Assembly (NCBI GenBank): GCA_041917235.1
Contig: JAYRXZ010000006.1
Coordinates: 41,517 to 105,516, forward strand
Reading direction: 5' to 3'
DNA: 64,000 nucleotides
Source of the DNA: Lacunisphaera sp.
GTDB taxonomy: Bacteria; Verrucomicrobiota; Verrucomicrobiia; Opitutales; Opitutaceae
Positions within the stretch are counted from its first letter, which is position 1. Every line of letters starts with the position of its first letter. The notes below the pieces were generated by a model. The model did no database searches and had not been told where the DNA came from. It saw nothing but the letters and a program-made list of their open reading frames with translations. This document shows, piece by piece, positions 16,696 to 27,134 of the stretch. Both the position numbers and the translations under genes were made by a program.

Positions 16696-17430
16696 TCAAG
16701 CCACGGACTTCTTCCGCCGGCCCATGAAGGCCGAGGCCCAGATGGAAAGCTCATAGAGCAGGCACAACGGCACCGCGAAGAGCGTCTGCGTGACCATGTC
16801 CGGCGTCGGCGTGACGATGGCGGAGATGATGAAGCACACGACGATGGCGTGGCGGCGGTATCTGCGGAGCGTGGCGACCTCCACGAGGCCGATGTAGCTG
16901 GCGAGCACGATGAGCAGCGGAAACTCGAAGGTCACGCCCACCCCCAGCACCAGCCAGGTGAGCAGGCCGAAGTATTTGTCCGCCGTCCACATCGGGTCCA
17001 CGCCCATGTAGGCGCTGAACTCGTAGGCGATGCGCACCGTGCTCGGCACGAGCAGGAAATAGCCGAACGACGCGCCGATCAGGAACAGCACCAGGGCCGC
17101 CAGGCAGGCGGGCACGAGGACCTTCATCTCCTTCTTCGTCAGCGCGGGCGCGATGAACTGCGCCACGAAGAAGAACCAGAACGGCAGCGACAGCGCCACG
17201 CCGCCGACCAGCGCGATGCTGATGAGCATGTTGAAGATGCCCATCGGGCTGTTCGTGATCAGGTGGGTGGTGAACTGCGGGAAGTCGGCCCGCACGCTCT
17301 CCAGCGGCCAGATGAGCACCGCGTAGAATTCCTTGAGGTAGAAGCTGATCACGCCCACGAAGACCGCGAAGACGATGGCGCTTTTCATCAGCGTCCAGCG
17401 CAGGTCCTCCAGGTGGTCGAGGAAACCCAT
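16696..17430 (-). CDS. tatC: Sec-independent (twin-arginine) protein translocase subunit TatC
   Basis: MGFLDHLEDLRWTL... with 6 TM helices typical of TatC. Start placed at the internal Met; an upstream in-frame extension in the track ORF is probably non-coding. Confidence 0.8.
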   Translation of the reverse strand: MGFLDHLEDLRWTLMKSAIVFAVFVGVISFYLKEFYAVLIWPLESVRADFPQFTTHLITNSPMGIFNMLISIALVGGVALSLPFWFFFVAQFIAPALTKKEMKVLVPACLAALVLFLIGASFGYFLLVPSTVRIAYEFSAYMGVDPMWTADKYFGLLTWLVLGVGVTFEFPLLIVLASYIGLVEVATLRRYRRHAIVVCFIISAIVTPTPDMVTQTLFAVPLCLLYELSIWASAFMGRRKKSVA

Positions 17431-17701
17431 GGGCTTGCCCGCGGCGACCGCCGGCGCGGCGTCGCCGGTCGCGGCCTCATCATATTCATCCACTGGGGGT
17501 TGCTCGCTCAAGCCCTGACCTAGAAGCAACTTTCCCCCGGGCCCGCAAGGCCCGTATTTCCGCCCCGGGGGCCCGCCGCCCGGGCTGCGCATCCCTTGTC
17601 ATAACCAATTCCCGGGCCCGCCCTACAGTTAGACCCGCCTCGAACGTTGACACCCCCGCGCCCGCCCGCTGCGATAACCTTCCCTATTTTTCATTTCACC
17701 C

Positions 17702-20476
17702 ATGGCTAAAAAAACCACTGCTAAGAAGTCCGCCAAACCGGCGGCCAAGAAATCAACCGGCAAGTCCGCCAAATACGTTTACACGTGGGGCGCAGGCAAA
17801 GCCGACGGCAACGGGTCCATGAAGGCCCTCCTCGGCGGCAAGGGCGCCAACCTCGCCGAGATGACCCGCATCGGCCTGCCGGTGCCCCCGGGCTTCACCA
17901 TCACCACCGAGGTCTGCACCTACTACTACGCCAACAAGCGCACCTACCCGGCCTCGCTCCAGGCCCAGATGGAGGCCGGCGTCGCCAACATGGAGAAGAT
18001 CATGGGCACGAAGTTCGGCGCCACCAACGGCATGCCGCTCCTCGTCGCCGTCCGCTCCGGCGCCCGCGACTCCATGCCGGGCATGATGGACACCATCCTC
18101 AACCTCGGCCTCAACGACCAGACCGTCGTCGCCCTCGTCAACGCCACCAAGAACGAGCGCTTCGCCTGGGACTGCTACCGCCGCTTCATCCAGATGTATG
18201 GCGACGTCGTCCTCGGCGTGCAGAAGAAGGAAGGCGAGGACCACGAGCCGTTCGAGACCGTCATCGAGGGCTACAAGCACGAGAAGTATCACAAGGACAT
18301 CGTCGACTCCGAGCTCACCGCCGCCGACCAGCAGGAGCTCGTCAAGCGCTTCAAGGCCCTCGTCCTCGAGCGCACCGGCAAGGTGTTCCCCAACAATCCG
18401 TGGGACCAGTTGCGCGGCGCCGCCGGCGCCGTCTTCGGCTCGTGGATGAACGACCGCGCCATCGTCTACCGCCGCAAATACAATATCCCCTCCGAGTGGG
18501 GCACCGCCGTCAACGTCCAGGCCATGGTGTTCGGCAATACCGGCGAGACCTCCGGCTCCGGCGTCGCGTTCACCCGCAACCCGGCCAACGGCACCAACGA
18601 GTTCTACGGCGAGTTCCTCATCAACGCCCAGGGTGAGGACGTCGTCGCCGGCGTCCGCACGCCCGAGCCCGTCCTCAAGCTGAAGGACCAGATGCCGAAG
18701 TCCTACGCCGAGCTCCTCAAGGTCCGCAAGACCCTCGAGAAGCACTTCAAGGACGTCCAGGACATCGAGTTCACCATCCAGGACGGCAAGCTGTTCATGC
18801 TCCAGACGCGCAACGGCAAGCGCACCGCCGCCGCCGCGCTCAAGTTCTCCATCGACATGGTCAAGGAGAAGCTCATCGACTGGAAGACCGCGATCACGCG
18901 CAACCCGGCCGACCAGCTCGAGCAGCTCCTCGCCCCGATCTTCGACCTCGGCGAGGTCAAGAAGGCCACCGTCATCGCCACCGGCCTCCCGGCCGGCCCC
19001 GGCGCCGCCACCGGCAAGATCTACTTCAACGCCGACCGCGCGGTGCAGGCCGCCGAGAAGGGCGAGAAGGTCCTGCTCGTCCGCGTCGAGACCTCCCCCG
19101 AGGATCTCCGCGGCATGATCGCCGCCGAGGGCATCCTCACCGCCCGCGGCGGTGTGTCCTCGCACGCCGCCCTCGTCGCCCGCCAGATGGGCAAGGTCTG
19201 CGTCTGCGGCGCCGCCGCCCTCGAGGTCGATTACGACGCCAAGACGGTCACCGTCTCCGGCGCGACCTACAAGGAAGGCGACTTCCTCTCGATCGACGGC
19301 ACCGCCGGCACGGTCTACGCGGGCCAGATCAAGACGGCCCCGTCCGAGATCATCTCCGGCCTGCTCCACGGCGACAAGGCCGCCCAGGCCACCGAGAAGT
19401 TCAAGAGCTACGTCCAGCTGATGAAGTGGTGCGCCCAGGCCACCAAGCTGCAGGTCCGCACCAACGCCGACACGCCCGAGCAGACCGCCCAGGCGATCGC
19501 GTTCGGCGCCGTGGGCATCGGCCTCACCCGCACGGAACACATGTTCTTCGAGGGCGACCGCATCGACGCCATGCGCGAGATGATCCTCGCCGACTCGCTC
19601 GGCGCCCGCGAGGCCGCCCTGGCCAAGCTCCTGCCCTACCAGCGCGACGACTTCTACGGGATCTTCAAGGCCCTCAAGGGCTTCCCGGCGACCATCCGCT
19701 TCCTCGACCCGCCGCTGCACGAGTTCCTCCCGAACTCGAAGGAGGCCCAGATGGATCTCGCCCGGAAACTCAACGTCCCGGTCGAGCGGATCCAGCACCG
19801 CGTGCACGAGCTCCACGAGTTCAACCCGATGCTCGGTTTCCGCGGCTGCCGCCTCGGCATCAAGTATCCGGAGATCACCGCCATGCAGGCCCGCGCCGTC
19901 CTCGAGGCCGCGGCCGATGCGACGAAGGCCGGCTTCAAGGCCAAGCCCGAGATCATGATCCCGCTCGTCGGCTTCAAGCGCGAGCTCGACCTCCAGGTCG
20001 CGCTCGTCCACGAGGTCGCCGCCAAGGTCCAGGCCGAGAAGAAGGTGAAGATCAACTACTCGGTCGGCACCATGATCGAGATCCCGCGCGGCGCCCTCAC
20101 GGCCGACGAGATCGCGCACACGGCCGAGTTCTTCAGCTTCGGCACCAATGACCTCACGCAGACCTGCCTCGGCATGTCCCGCGACGACTCCGGCTCCTTC
20201 CTCGGCGCCTACCAGGAGTCCGAGATCATGAAGAAGAACCCCTTCGCCTCGATCGACCAGACCGGCGTCGGCCAGCTCATGCAGATCGCGATTGAGAAAG
20301 GCCGGAAGACCCGGCCCGACATCAAGCTCGGCATCTGCGGCGAGCACGGCGGCGATCCGGACTCGGTCAAGTTCTGCCACAAGCTCGGCCTCAGCTACGT
20401 GTCCTGCTCGCCTTACCGCGTGCCGGTCGCCCGCCTCGCCGCCGCCCAGGCGGCCATCGCCGACGGCAAGAAGTAA
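17702..20476 (+). CDS. ppdK: Pyruvate, phosphate dikinase
   Basis: [32 protein letters not shown]-terminal PEP-utilizing enzyme region, central phospho-histidine domain ([15 protein letters not shown]) and C-terminal TIM-barrel (ICGEHGGDP); 924 aa. Carries an unusual Lys/Ala-rich 21-aa N-terminal extension. Confidence 0.9.
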   Translation: MAKKTTAKKSAKPAAKKSTGKSAKYVYTWGAGKADGNGSMKALLGGKGANLAEMTRIGLPVPPGFTITTEVCTYYYANKRTYPASLQAQMEAGVANMEKIMGTKFGATNGMPLLVAVRSGARDSMPGMMDTILNLGLNDQTVVALVNATKNERFAWDCYRRFIQMYGDVVLGVQKKEGEDHEPFETVIEGYKHEKYHKDIVDSELTAADQQELVKRFKALVLERTGKVFPNNPWDQLRGAAGAVFGSWMNDRAIVYRRKYNIPSEWGTAVNVQAMVFGNTGETSGSGVAFTRNPANGTNEFYGEFLINAQGEDVVAGVRTPEPVLKLKDQMPKSYAELLKVRKTLEKHFKDVQDIEFTIQDGKLFMLQTRNGKRTAAAALKFSIDMVKEKLIDWKTAITRNPADQLEQLLAPIFDLGEVKKATVIATGLPAGPGAATGKIYFNADRAVQAAEKGEKVLLVRVETSPEDLRGMIAAEGILTARGGVSSHAALVARQMGKVCVCGAAALEVDYDAKTVTVSGATYKEGDFLSIDGTAGTVYAGQIKTAPSEIISGLLHGDKAAQATEKFKSYVQLMKWCAQATKLQVRTNADTPEQTAQAIAFGAVGIGLTRTEHMFFEGDRIDAMREMILADSLGAREAALAKLLPYQRDDFYGIFKALKGFPATIRFLDPPLHEFLPNSKEAQMDLARKLNVPVERIQHRVHELHEFNPMLGFRGCRLGIKYPEITAMQARAVLEAAADATKAGFKAKPEIMIPLVGFKRELDLQVALVHEVAAKVQAEKKVKINYSVGTMIEIPRGALTADEIAHTAEFFSFGTNDLTQTCLGMSRDDSGSFLGAYQESEIMKKNPFASIDQTGVGQLMQIAIEKGRKTRPDIKLGICGEHGGDPDSVKFCHKLGLSYVSCSPYRVPVARLAAAQAAIADGKK

Positions 20477-20511
20477 CCCGTGGGCCGGCGAGCTAGCTCG
20501 CGCCTCTCCCG

Positions 20512-20541
20512 AACCCGCCCTCACCGGCGGGTTCTTTTTTT
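20512..20541 (+). terminator. Rho-independent terminator after ppdK
   Basis: AACCCGCC ctcacc GGCGGGTT followed by CTTTTTTTT. Confidence 0.65.
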
Positions 20542-20593
20542 GCCCAAATCCGTCTTTGCGCTTTCCGCGCTTTTGGTGGCAAATCTCCCGCCC

Positions 20594-21544
20594 ATGAAAC
20601 TCCGTTGCCTCGCCGCCGCCCTCCTTCTCGGCGCCTCCCTCCACTCCCCCGCCTCCGCTCAACCGGCCGTTCCGGCCGGGGCCGCCGCCCAACCGGCCTC
20701 CGCCGATACCCAGGTCATGGCCGACCTCGGCAACCTCGTGAACCAGATCAAGCACAAGCTCCAGGCCGGCCAGCGCACCGCCGCGGCCCTCGAGCCCGAG
20801 CTCGCGCAATTCGACGCGCTGCTGCTGAAATACGGCGCCAACAAGACCGACATGGTCGCCAGCATCGCGCTGATGCGCGCCGGCCTCTACATCCAGGTCT
20901 TCGAGGACATGCCGAAGGCGCGCGAGCTGCTGCTCGCGCTCAAGCGCGACTTCCCCGGCACCCAACCCGCCAACAACGTCGAGAAGATGCTAGCGGAGCT
21001 GGACCTGATGGAGAAGGCCAAGGCGGCCAAGGCCGCGCTCATCGGCAGCCCGGCGCCTGAACTCAACTTCACCTGGTCCTCCCAGGCGGGCCTGAAAACC
21101 CTCTCCGGTCTCAAGGGCCAGGTTGTCGTCCTCGACTTCTGGGCCACGTGGTGCGGCCCCTGCATCGCCTCCTTTCCGCAGGTCCGCGAGCACGTCGCGC
21201 ACTTCAAGGGTTCGCCGGTCGCCTTCGTCGGCGTGACCAGCATCCAGGGTTTCGTCGCGAACATGGGCCCGCGCATCGACACGAAGAACGACCCGGCGAA
21301 GGAGATGGCGCTGATGACCGATTTCATGAGGGCCAAGGAAATGACGTGGGACGTGGCCTTCAGCGCCGAGCCGGTCTTCAACCCCGCCTACGGCATCGAG
21401 GGCATTCCCTTCGTCGCCATCATCGCGCCCGACGGCACGGTGCGCCACGCCGGCCTCCACCCCGGCGACCCGACCTCCGACATCGCCGGCAAGATCGAGG
21501 CCATCCTCAAGGAGTTCAAGCTGCCCCTCCCGGCCAAGTCTTAG
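20594..21544 (+). CDS. TlpA/ResA-like periplasmic thiol:disulfide oxidoreductase (thioredoxin fold, WCGPC)
   Basis: Signal peptide MKLRCLAAALLLGASLHSPASAQ; ~150-aa N-terminal helical domain then thioredoxin domain with VVLDFWATWCGPC. Confidence 0.8.
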   Translation: MKLRCLAAALLLGASLHSPASAQPAVPAGAAAQPASADTQVMADLGNLVNQIKHKLQAGQRTAAALEPELAQFDALLLKYGANKTDMVASIALMRAGLYIQVFEDMPKARELLLALKRDFPGTQPANNVEKMLAELDLMEKAKAAKAALIGSPAPELNFTWSSQAGLKTLSGLKGQVVVLDFWATWCGPCIASFPQVREHVAHFKGSPVAFVGVTSIQGFVANMGPRIDTKNDPAKEMALMTDFMRAKEMTWDVAFSAEPVFNPAYGIEGIPFVAIIAPDGTVRHAGLHPGDPTSDIAGKIEAILKEFKLPLPAKS

Positions 21545-21590
21545 GTTTGACGCGGGCCAGCGGGCTCGCCCGCGCCCTTCCCGCACTTCA

Positions 21591-21618
21591 AGCCCCAGCC
21601 ATCGCTGGGGCTTTTTTC
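21591..21618 (+). terminator. Rho-independent terminator
   Basis: AGCCCCAGC catcg GCTGGGGCT followed by TTTTTCC. Confidence 0.7.
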
Positions 21619-21695
21619 CGGCCCGCTGCTTTACGGTATGAGCAGCGCGGCCCTTGTCAGGGCAGCACGCGCCGGACTAACCTGCGCGCCACCCC

Positions 21696-23918
21696 ATGAA
21701 GCGGCTCCTCCTGTCCGTGCTCGTTTCGCTGCTGTCCGCCCTCCCGCTGGCGGCCGCCATTCCGGCGGCGATCAACCCCGCCTGGACCGAGGTCGCCCCG
21801 GGCGTGTGGAAAACCACCGTCGGCCAGGCTGATACCCTCACGTTGCTCGGCGCCGCCGGCGGCGTGCCGTCCCGCGCCGCGCTGGCCCGGCTGCCCAAGG
21901 CCGCCTTCCCGCTTGATCCCGCCGAGATCGAGGGTCGCAATTTCAACGCCAAGACCACCGTCCGCTTCCCGCTGGCCGGCAACGAGGACATCTACGGCCT
22001 CGGCGTGGACTTCGGTTCCATGCGCCGCAACGGCGGCGTGTTCGAGCTCCACGTGGACCACTGGGACAACAGGCGCGCCATCACCGGCCGCACCCACGCC
22101 CCCGTGCCCCTCTATGTGTCGACCAAGGGATTCGCCGTCCTCTTCGACACCGCACGCTACCTCAAGGTCAGCGTCGGCCATGGTGTCCGCCTCGCCGCCA
22201 AGGAAAAGCCGCCCGTCATCGACCGCACGACGAACCTGATCATGCCGGCCACGCCGGGCGCGGCACCGGTCGACGCCCGCTGGCAGTCCCAACCGCGCTC
22301 CGACTCGATCGAGGTGCTGGCCAACGCCGGGGGCATGGACGTCTACGTCTTCGCCGGCCCCAGTCCGCTCGACGCCGTGCGCCGCTACAACCTCTACGCC
22401 GGCGGCGGCGCCCTGCCGCCGAAGTGGGGCCTCGGTTTCCTCAACCGTGTCCGCACGCAATACACCGCCACCGAGGTGCTCAACGACATCGCCGAGTTCC
22501 GCGCCCAGGGCATCCCGCTCGACATGATCGGCCTCGAGCCTGGCTGGATGGACCACGCCTACCCTTGTTCGTTCGAGTGGGACCGGACCCGCTTCCCCGA
22601 TCCGAAGGCTTTCCTCGCCGAGGTCGCCAAGGCCGGCGTCCGCGTGAACCTCTGGTTCAACCCCTACATCGGCCCGCCGCAAACGCCGCTCTACCAGAAG
22701 CTGCTGCCCTACGCCGGCACGCACCTCGTGTGGAACGGCATTGTCCCCGATTACACCATGCCCGCGGCCCGGGAAATCTTCATCGATCACCTCAAGCGCA
22801 CCGTGATTGACGCCAACCCCGCCGCCGTCGGCGGCTTCAAACTCGACGAGGTCGACGGCTACGACCGCTACCTCTGGCCTGACACCGCGCTTTTCCCTTC
22901 CGGCCGCGATGCCGAGCAGCTCCGCCAGACCTACGGCCTGCTGCTGCAGAAGGCCGTCTTCGACGCCTTTCACTCGGCGAACCGCCGCACGATGGGCCAG
23001 GTCCGCGGCACCAACGCCGGCGCCTCGCCCTACCCGTTCGTCATCTACAACGACAACTACGAGTTCGACGGCTACATTACCGCCGTCAGCAACAGCGGCT
23101 TCGCCGGCGTGCTCTGGTCGCCCGAGGTCCGCGGCAGCGACAACGGCGAGGACATGCTCCGCCGCCTGCAGGCCGTGTGCTTCTCTCCGCTCGCGCTCTA
23201 CAACGGCTGGGCCTCGGCGCAAAAACTATGGACGCACGCCGAAGTAAAGGACGCCATGCGCGACGCCATCGTCCTGCGCGGCCGCCTGCTGCCGTATTTC
23301 TACCACACCTTCGCCCAATATCACCACGAGGGCACGCCACCCATCCGCCCGATGCAGCTCGCCGGCGGCGTCACCGCCCACGCGTCCGCCCCCGCGGCCG
23401 GCAAGCTCGACGCCACGGCGAATCCTTACGAGGTTCCGCCCGCCGTGCGCGAGGTGAAGGACCAGTATATGTTCGGCGACTCGCTGCTCGTCGCGCCCGT
23501 CCCGCCGGGCGTGAAGACCCGCAAGGTCCTCCTGCCCGCCGGCAAGTGGTATGACTTCCACACCGGGAAATACGCCGGGGCCAACGAGACCATCGAGGTC
23601 ACGCCTTCGCTCGCCACGATGCCCGTCTTCGTGAAGGACGGTGCGCTCATCCCGATGATCGAACCGCGCCCGCACGCCCCCGCGGCCGGCGAGACCGTAT
23701 CCCTGGAAGTCCGCCACTACGGCGAGGCCCCGGGCTCGCTCAGCCTCTACGATGATGACGGCGAGACCTTCGACTTCGAGCAGGGCGCCTGCTCTTGGAC
23801 CGGTCTGGCGGTCACGAGAAACGCCGCCGGCAAATGGACCGGCACCGTCACCCCCGACGCCCGCGGCCGGAAGTGGAGTTATGGCGAGGTAAAATGGACC
23901 TTCATGACAGCTCCCTGA
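21696..23918 (+). CDS. Secreted glycoside hydrolase family 31 (alpha-glucosidase/alpha-xylosidase-like)
   Basis: Signal peptide MKRLLLSVLVSLLSALPLAAA; GH31-like core (GIPLDMIGLEPGWMD; FKLDEVDG; WNPYIG); 740 aa. Confidence 0.75.
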   Translation: MKRLLLSVLVSLLSALPLAAAIPAAINPAWTEVAPGVWKTTVGQADTLTLLGAAGGVPSRAALARLPKAAFPLDPAEIEGRNFNAKTTVRFPLAGNEDIYGLGVDFGSMRRNGGVFELHVDHWDNRRAITGRTHAPVPLYVSTKGFAVLFDTARYLKVSVGHGVRLAAKEKPPVIDRTTNLIMPATPGAAPVDARWQSQPRSDSIEVLANAGGMDVYVFAGPSPLDAVRRYNLYAGGGALPPKWGLGFLNRVRTQYTATEVLNDIAEFRAQGIPLDMIGLEPGWMDHAYPCSFEWDRTRFPDPKAFLAEVAKAGVRVNLWFNPYIGPPQTPLYQKLLPYAGTHLVWNGIVPDYTMPAAREIFIDHLKRTVIDANPAAVGGFKLDEVDGYDRYLWPDTALFPSGRDAEQLRQTYGLLLQKAVFDAFHSANRRTMGQVRGTNAGASPYPFVIYNDNYEFDGYITAVSNSGFAGVLWSPEVRGSDNGEDMLRRLQAVCFSPLALYNGWASAQKLWTHAEVKDAMRDAIVLRGRLLPYFYHTFAQYHHEGTPPIRPMQLAGGVTAHASAPAAGKLDATANPYEVPPAVREVKDQYMFGDSLLVAPVPPGVKTRKVLLPAGKWYDFHTGKYAGANETIEVTPSLATMPVFVKDGALIPMIEPRPHAPAAGETVSLEVRHYGEAPGSLSLYDDDGETFDFEQGACSWTGLAVTRNAAGKWTGTVTPDARGRKWSYGEVKWTFMTAP

Positions 23919-24031
23919 GATGACCTCGCTCAAGGGATCACCCCGGCTTGCCCGGCCGGCCGCAGTTTGCATCGCCTTCCGTCCCCGACCCGCTTTGCTC
24001 GGGCCGGATCGGCAACTTGGTTCTTACCCTT

Positions 24032-24469
24032 ATGAAATCGTTCGCCCGCCTCGGCGTCTTGTTGTGCCTGACCCCCATGTTGCACGCCCAGACGCCACCT
24101 GCCCCCGCCCCCAGGCTCGCTTCCGCCGTCTACGACTGGGAAAAAATGCCCGTCACCCCGACACCCAAGGGCGAGCGGCGCGACGTCTTCGACGGCCCCA
24201 CCGCGACCCTCGACAAGGCCCACTGCCACATCACCACCCTCAACCCGGGCGAAAACAGCGGCGAGCCGCGCCTCCACCTGCAGGAGGAGATCATCATCGT
24301 GAAGGAGGGCCTGGTCGAGATGCACATCGACGGCAAGACCCACACCGCCGGCCCCGGCTCGGTCTTCTTCCTCGCCGCCCGGGCGACCACCGCCCTGCGC
24401 AACGCCGGCCCGACGCCGTGCACCTACATCGTCGTTTATTATCACACCCCGCTGACCCCGAAATCGTGA
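24032..24469 (+). CDS. Secreted cupin-domain protein
   Basis: Track ORF 23948..24469; Met at 24032 gives signal peptide MKSFARLGVLLCLTPMLHAQ; cupin beta-barrel signature (LHLQEEIIIVKEGLVEMHIDGKTHTAGPGSVFF). Confidence 0.6.
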   Translation: MKSFARLGVLLCLTPMLHAQTPPAPAPRLASAVYDWEKMPVTPTPKGERRDVFDGPTATLDKAHCHITTLNPGENSGEPRLHLQEEIIIVKEGLVEMHIDGKTHTAGPGSVFFLAARATTALRNAGPTPCTYIVVYYHTPLTPKS

Positions 24470-24572
24470 GATCGCGATCCCTAGTGGGAGGGGTTTTACA
24501 CCCTGACTCGCCCGCGGCACCTTATTCGGTCGGGGCATAAAACCCCTCCCACTCCAAGCCACCCCGCCCTAG

Positions 24573-25553
24573 ATGAAATCCCGCTTTCTTCTCCTGCTCC
24601 TCGCGCTCGCGCCCCTCGCCTCCCTCGCCGACGTCAAGCTCACCAAGCTGGCCGACCGCGTGCGCGTCGAGATCAACGGACAGCTTTTCACCGAATACGT
24701 GTTCGGCGACGGCGCCTCGCGGCCGTATTGCTACCCCGTCCTGCTCGGTGACGGCACGGGGCTCACGCGCGACTTCCCGATGAAGGACACGCCCGGCGAG
24801 GATCGCGACCACCCGCACCACCGCGCGCTGATGTTCGCCCACGGCAATGCCAACGGCATCGATTTCTGGAACGAGGGCAAAGCCGGCGGCAACACGCCCA
24901 AGGGCCGCACGGTCCACGACGGCGGCCTCGAGACCACCGACGGCGACACCGGCTCGCTCCGCACGCGCAACCGCTGGCTCTCCCCCGAGGGCAAGCTCAT
25001 CGCCACCGACGAGACGACGATCCGCTTTCGCGACGCCGGCAACGGCAACCGCACGCTCGATTACGAAGTCACGATCAAGGCGCTGCCCGACACCCCGCTC
25101 GTCATGGGTGACAGCAAGGAGGGCACGATGTCCATCCGCCTGGCCCAATGGCTCACCCTGCCGCACAAGATCTCGGGCAAGGACATCCCCGGGTTCGGCC
25201 ACTATCTCACCGCCGCCGGCGACCGCGATGGCACCGTCTGGGGCAAGCGCGCACCCTGGTGTGATGCCTACGCCACCCGCGAGGGAAAGACTTACGGCGT
25301 GGCCATCTTCGACCACCCGCAAAACCTCCGCCACCCGACCTGGTGGATGGCCCGCGACTACGGGCTCTTCAACGCCAACCCCTTCGGTCAGCATGAATTC
25401 GAGCCCGAGAAAAAACACCCCCGCGGCATGGGCGATTACACGATTCCCGCCGGCGGCAGCCTGACCCTGCGTTACCGTTTTTATTTCCACACCGGTGACC
25501 CGGACGCCGCCAAGGTCGCCGACCACTACGCCGCCTACGCCGCCGGCCGCTGA
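24573..25553 (+). CDS. Secreted DUF6807 (PmoA-like) family protein
   Basis: Signal peptide MKSRFLLLLLALAPLASLA; ~300 aa; typical pairing with a downstream Tat-secreted Gfo/Idh/MocA oxidoreductase as seen in Planctomycetes/Verrucomicrobia. Confidence 0.55.
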   Translation: MKSRFLLLLLALAPLASLADVKLTKLADRVRVEINGQLFTEYVFGDGASRPYCYPVLLGDGTGLTRDFPMKDTPGEDRDHPHHRALMFAHGNANGIDFWNEGKAGGNTPKGRTVHDGGLETTDGDTGSLRTRNRWLSPEGKLIATDETTIRFRDAGNGNRTLDYEVTIKALPDTPLVMGDSKEGTMSIRLAQWLTLPHKISGKDIPGFGHYLTAAGDRDGTVWGKRAPWCDAYATREGKTYGVAIFDHPQNLRHPTWWMARDYGLFNANPFGQHEFEPEKKHPRGMGDYTIPAGGSLTLRYRFYFHTGDPDAAKVADHYAAYAAGR

Positions 25554-25604
25554 TTTTCATTCCGCCCTCCGTCTTCTGTCCTCCGTCCTCTGCTTCCCCA
25601 CCCC

Positions 25605-27119
25605 ATGAACTTCACCCGCCGCACCTTCCTCAGGACCACCGCCCTCGGCCTCGCTGCCACCGCCTTCTCCGCCCGCTCGTGGGCGCAGGTCGCCGGGGCC
25701 AATGGCGACATCCGCGTCGCCGTCATCGGCCTCAACGGCCGCGGCAGGAACCACCTCACCAGCCTCGCCCGCATTCCCGGCGTCCGCATCGTGGCCATCT
25801 GCGACGTGGACGTCCTCGTGCTCGAGAAGACCGCCGCCGAACTTGCGAAACAGGGCCTCGCCCCGGAGAAGTTCACGGACGTCCGCCAGCTGCTGGCCAT
25901 GGAAGGCCTCGACGCCGTCACCATCGCCACGCCGAACCACTGGCACTCGCTCGGTGCCATCTGGGCCTGCCAGGCGGGCAAGGATGTCTTCGTCGAGAAA
26001 CCCGTCTCCCACAACGTCTGGGAGGGCCGCCAGCTGGTGGCTGCCGCCAAGATATACAACCGCGTCGTCCAGGCCGGCACGCAGATCCGCTCGGGCGAGG
26101 GCCTGATCGACGCCGTCGCCTGGGTCCGCGCCGGCAACCTCGGCAAAATCACCGCCGCGCGCGGGTTCTGTTACAAGCGCCGCGACAGCATCGGCCTGAC
26201 CAAGGCGCCCACCCCGGTGCCGCCGACCATCAATTACGACCTCTGGTCCGGCCCCGCGCCCATCATCGAGCCGCACCGCAACTCGAAGAAGAACGGCCCC
26301 GTGCACTACGACTGGCACTGGATCTACGCCTACGGCAACGGCGACGTCGGCAACCAGGGCATCCACCAGATGGACGTCGCCCGCTGGTTCCTCGGCGAGT
26401 CCGGCCTGCCGCGCCACACGCTGAGCGTCGGCGGCCGCCTCGGCTACGTGGACGACGGCGAGACGCCCAACACCCAGGTGATCATCCACGACTACGCCAC
26501 CGCCCCGCTCATCTTTGAGGTCCGCGGCCTGCCCGCCAAGCCCGACGCCGCCCCGGCCGCCACCGCCGGCCTGAATTCCGCCGAAGCCGCCGGTGCCGCC
26601 GCTTCCACCATGGACAAATACCGCGGGGTCAGCATCGGCAACGTGATCGACTGCGAGGGCGGCAGCATCGTCATCGGCGGTTACTTCGAGGCCACGGCGC
26701 TCGACCGCGCCGGCAAGGTCATCAAGGAATTCAAGGGCAAGGACCGTCTCATGGCCAATTTCATCGACGTCATCCGCAGCCGGAAGACCGCCGACCTCTA
26801 CGGCCCGATCGAGGAGGGCCATGTCTCCAGCGCACTCTGCCATGTCGGCAACATTTCCCACCAACTCGGCTCGAAGGCGTCCCCCGGCAAGGTGCAGGAC
26901 GAGGTCAAGGGCGACGCCCCGCTCGCCGAGGCCGTCGGCCGCATGACCGAGCACCTCGCGGTCAACGGCGTGGACCTCAAGAAGACCCGCCTCACGCTGG
27001 GCCGGCCGCTCACGATCGACCAGAAGGCGGAACGCTTCACCGGCAAGGGCGCCTCCGCCGCCAACAAACTCCTCACGCGCAACTACCGCGCCCCCTTCAC
27101 GGTCCCGCAGATCGCCTGA
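25605..27119 (+). CDS. Gfo/Idh/MocA-family NAD(P)-dependent oxidoreductase with twin-arginine signal peptide
   Basis: Tat motif MNFTRRTFLRTTALGLAATAFSA; Rossmann IRVAVIGLNGRGRNH and Gfo/Idh/MocA consensus region EKP. Confidence 0.85.
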   Translation: MNFTRRTFLRTTALGLAATAFSARSWAQVAGANGDIRVAVIGLNGRGRNHLTSLARIPGVRIVAICDVDVLVLEKTAAELAKQGLAPEKFTDVRQLLAMEGLDAVTIATPNHWHSLGAIWACQAGKDVFVEKPVSHNVWEGRQLVAAAKIYNRVVQAGTQIRSGEGLIDAVAWVRAGNLGKITAARGFCYKRRDSIGLTKAPTPVPPTINYDLWSGPAPIIEPHRNSKKNGPVHYDWHWIYAYGNGDVGNQGIHQMDVARWFLGESGLPRHTLSVGGRLGYVDDGETPNTQVIIHDYATAPLIFEVRGLPAKPDAAPAATAGLNSAEAAGAAASTMDKYRGVSIGNVIDCEGGSIVIGGYFEATALDRAGKVIKEFKGKDRLMANFIDVIRSRKTADLYGPIEEGHVSSALCHVGNISHQLGSKASPGKVQDEVKGDAPLAEAVGRMTEHLAVNGVDLKKTRLTLGRPLTIDQKAERFTGKGASAANKLLTRNYRAPFTVPQIA

Positions 27120-27134
27120 GATTCAGGCCAGCGC

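Noticed and set aside
17640-17680. Possible sigma70-like promoter TTGACA ... GATAAC upstream of ppdK
   Set aside because: Spacing between the hexamers (~20 bp) is non-canonical and promoter consensus for this lineage is unknown; left as unsupported.
17753-20965. 1070-aa minus-strand ORF
   Set aside because: Exactly antisense to pyruvate phosphate dikinase; Gly/Ala/Glu/Arg low-complexity translation, no domains.
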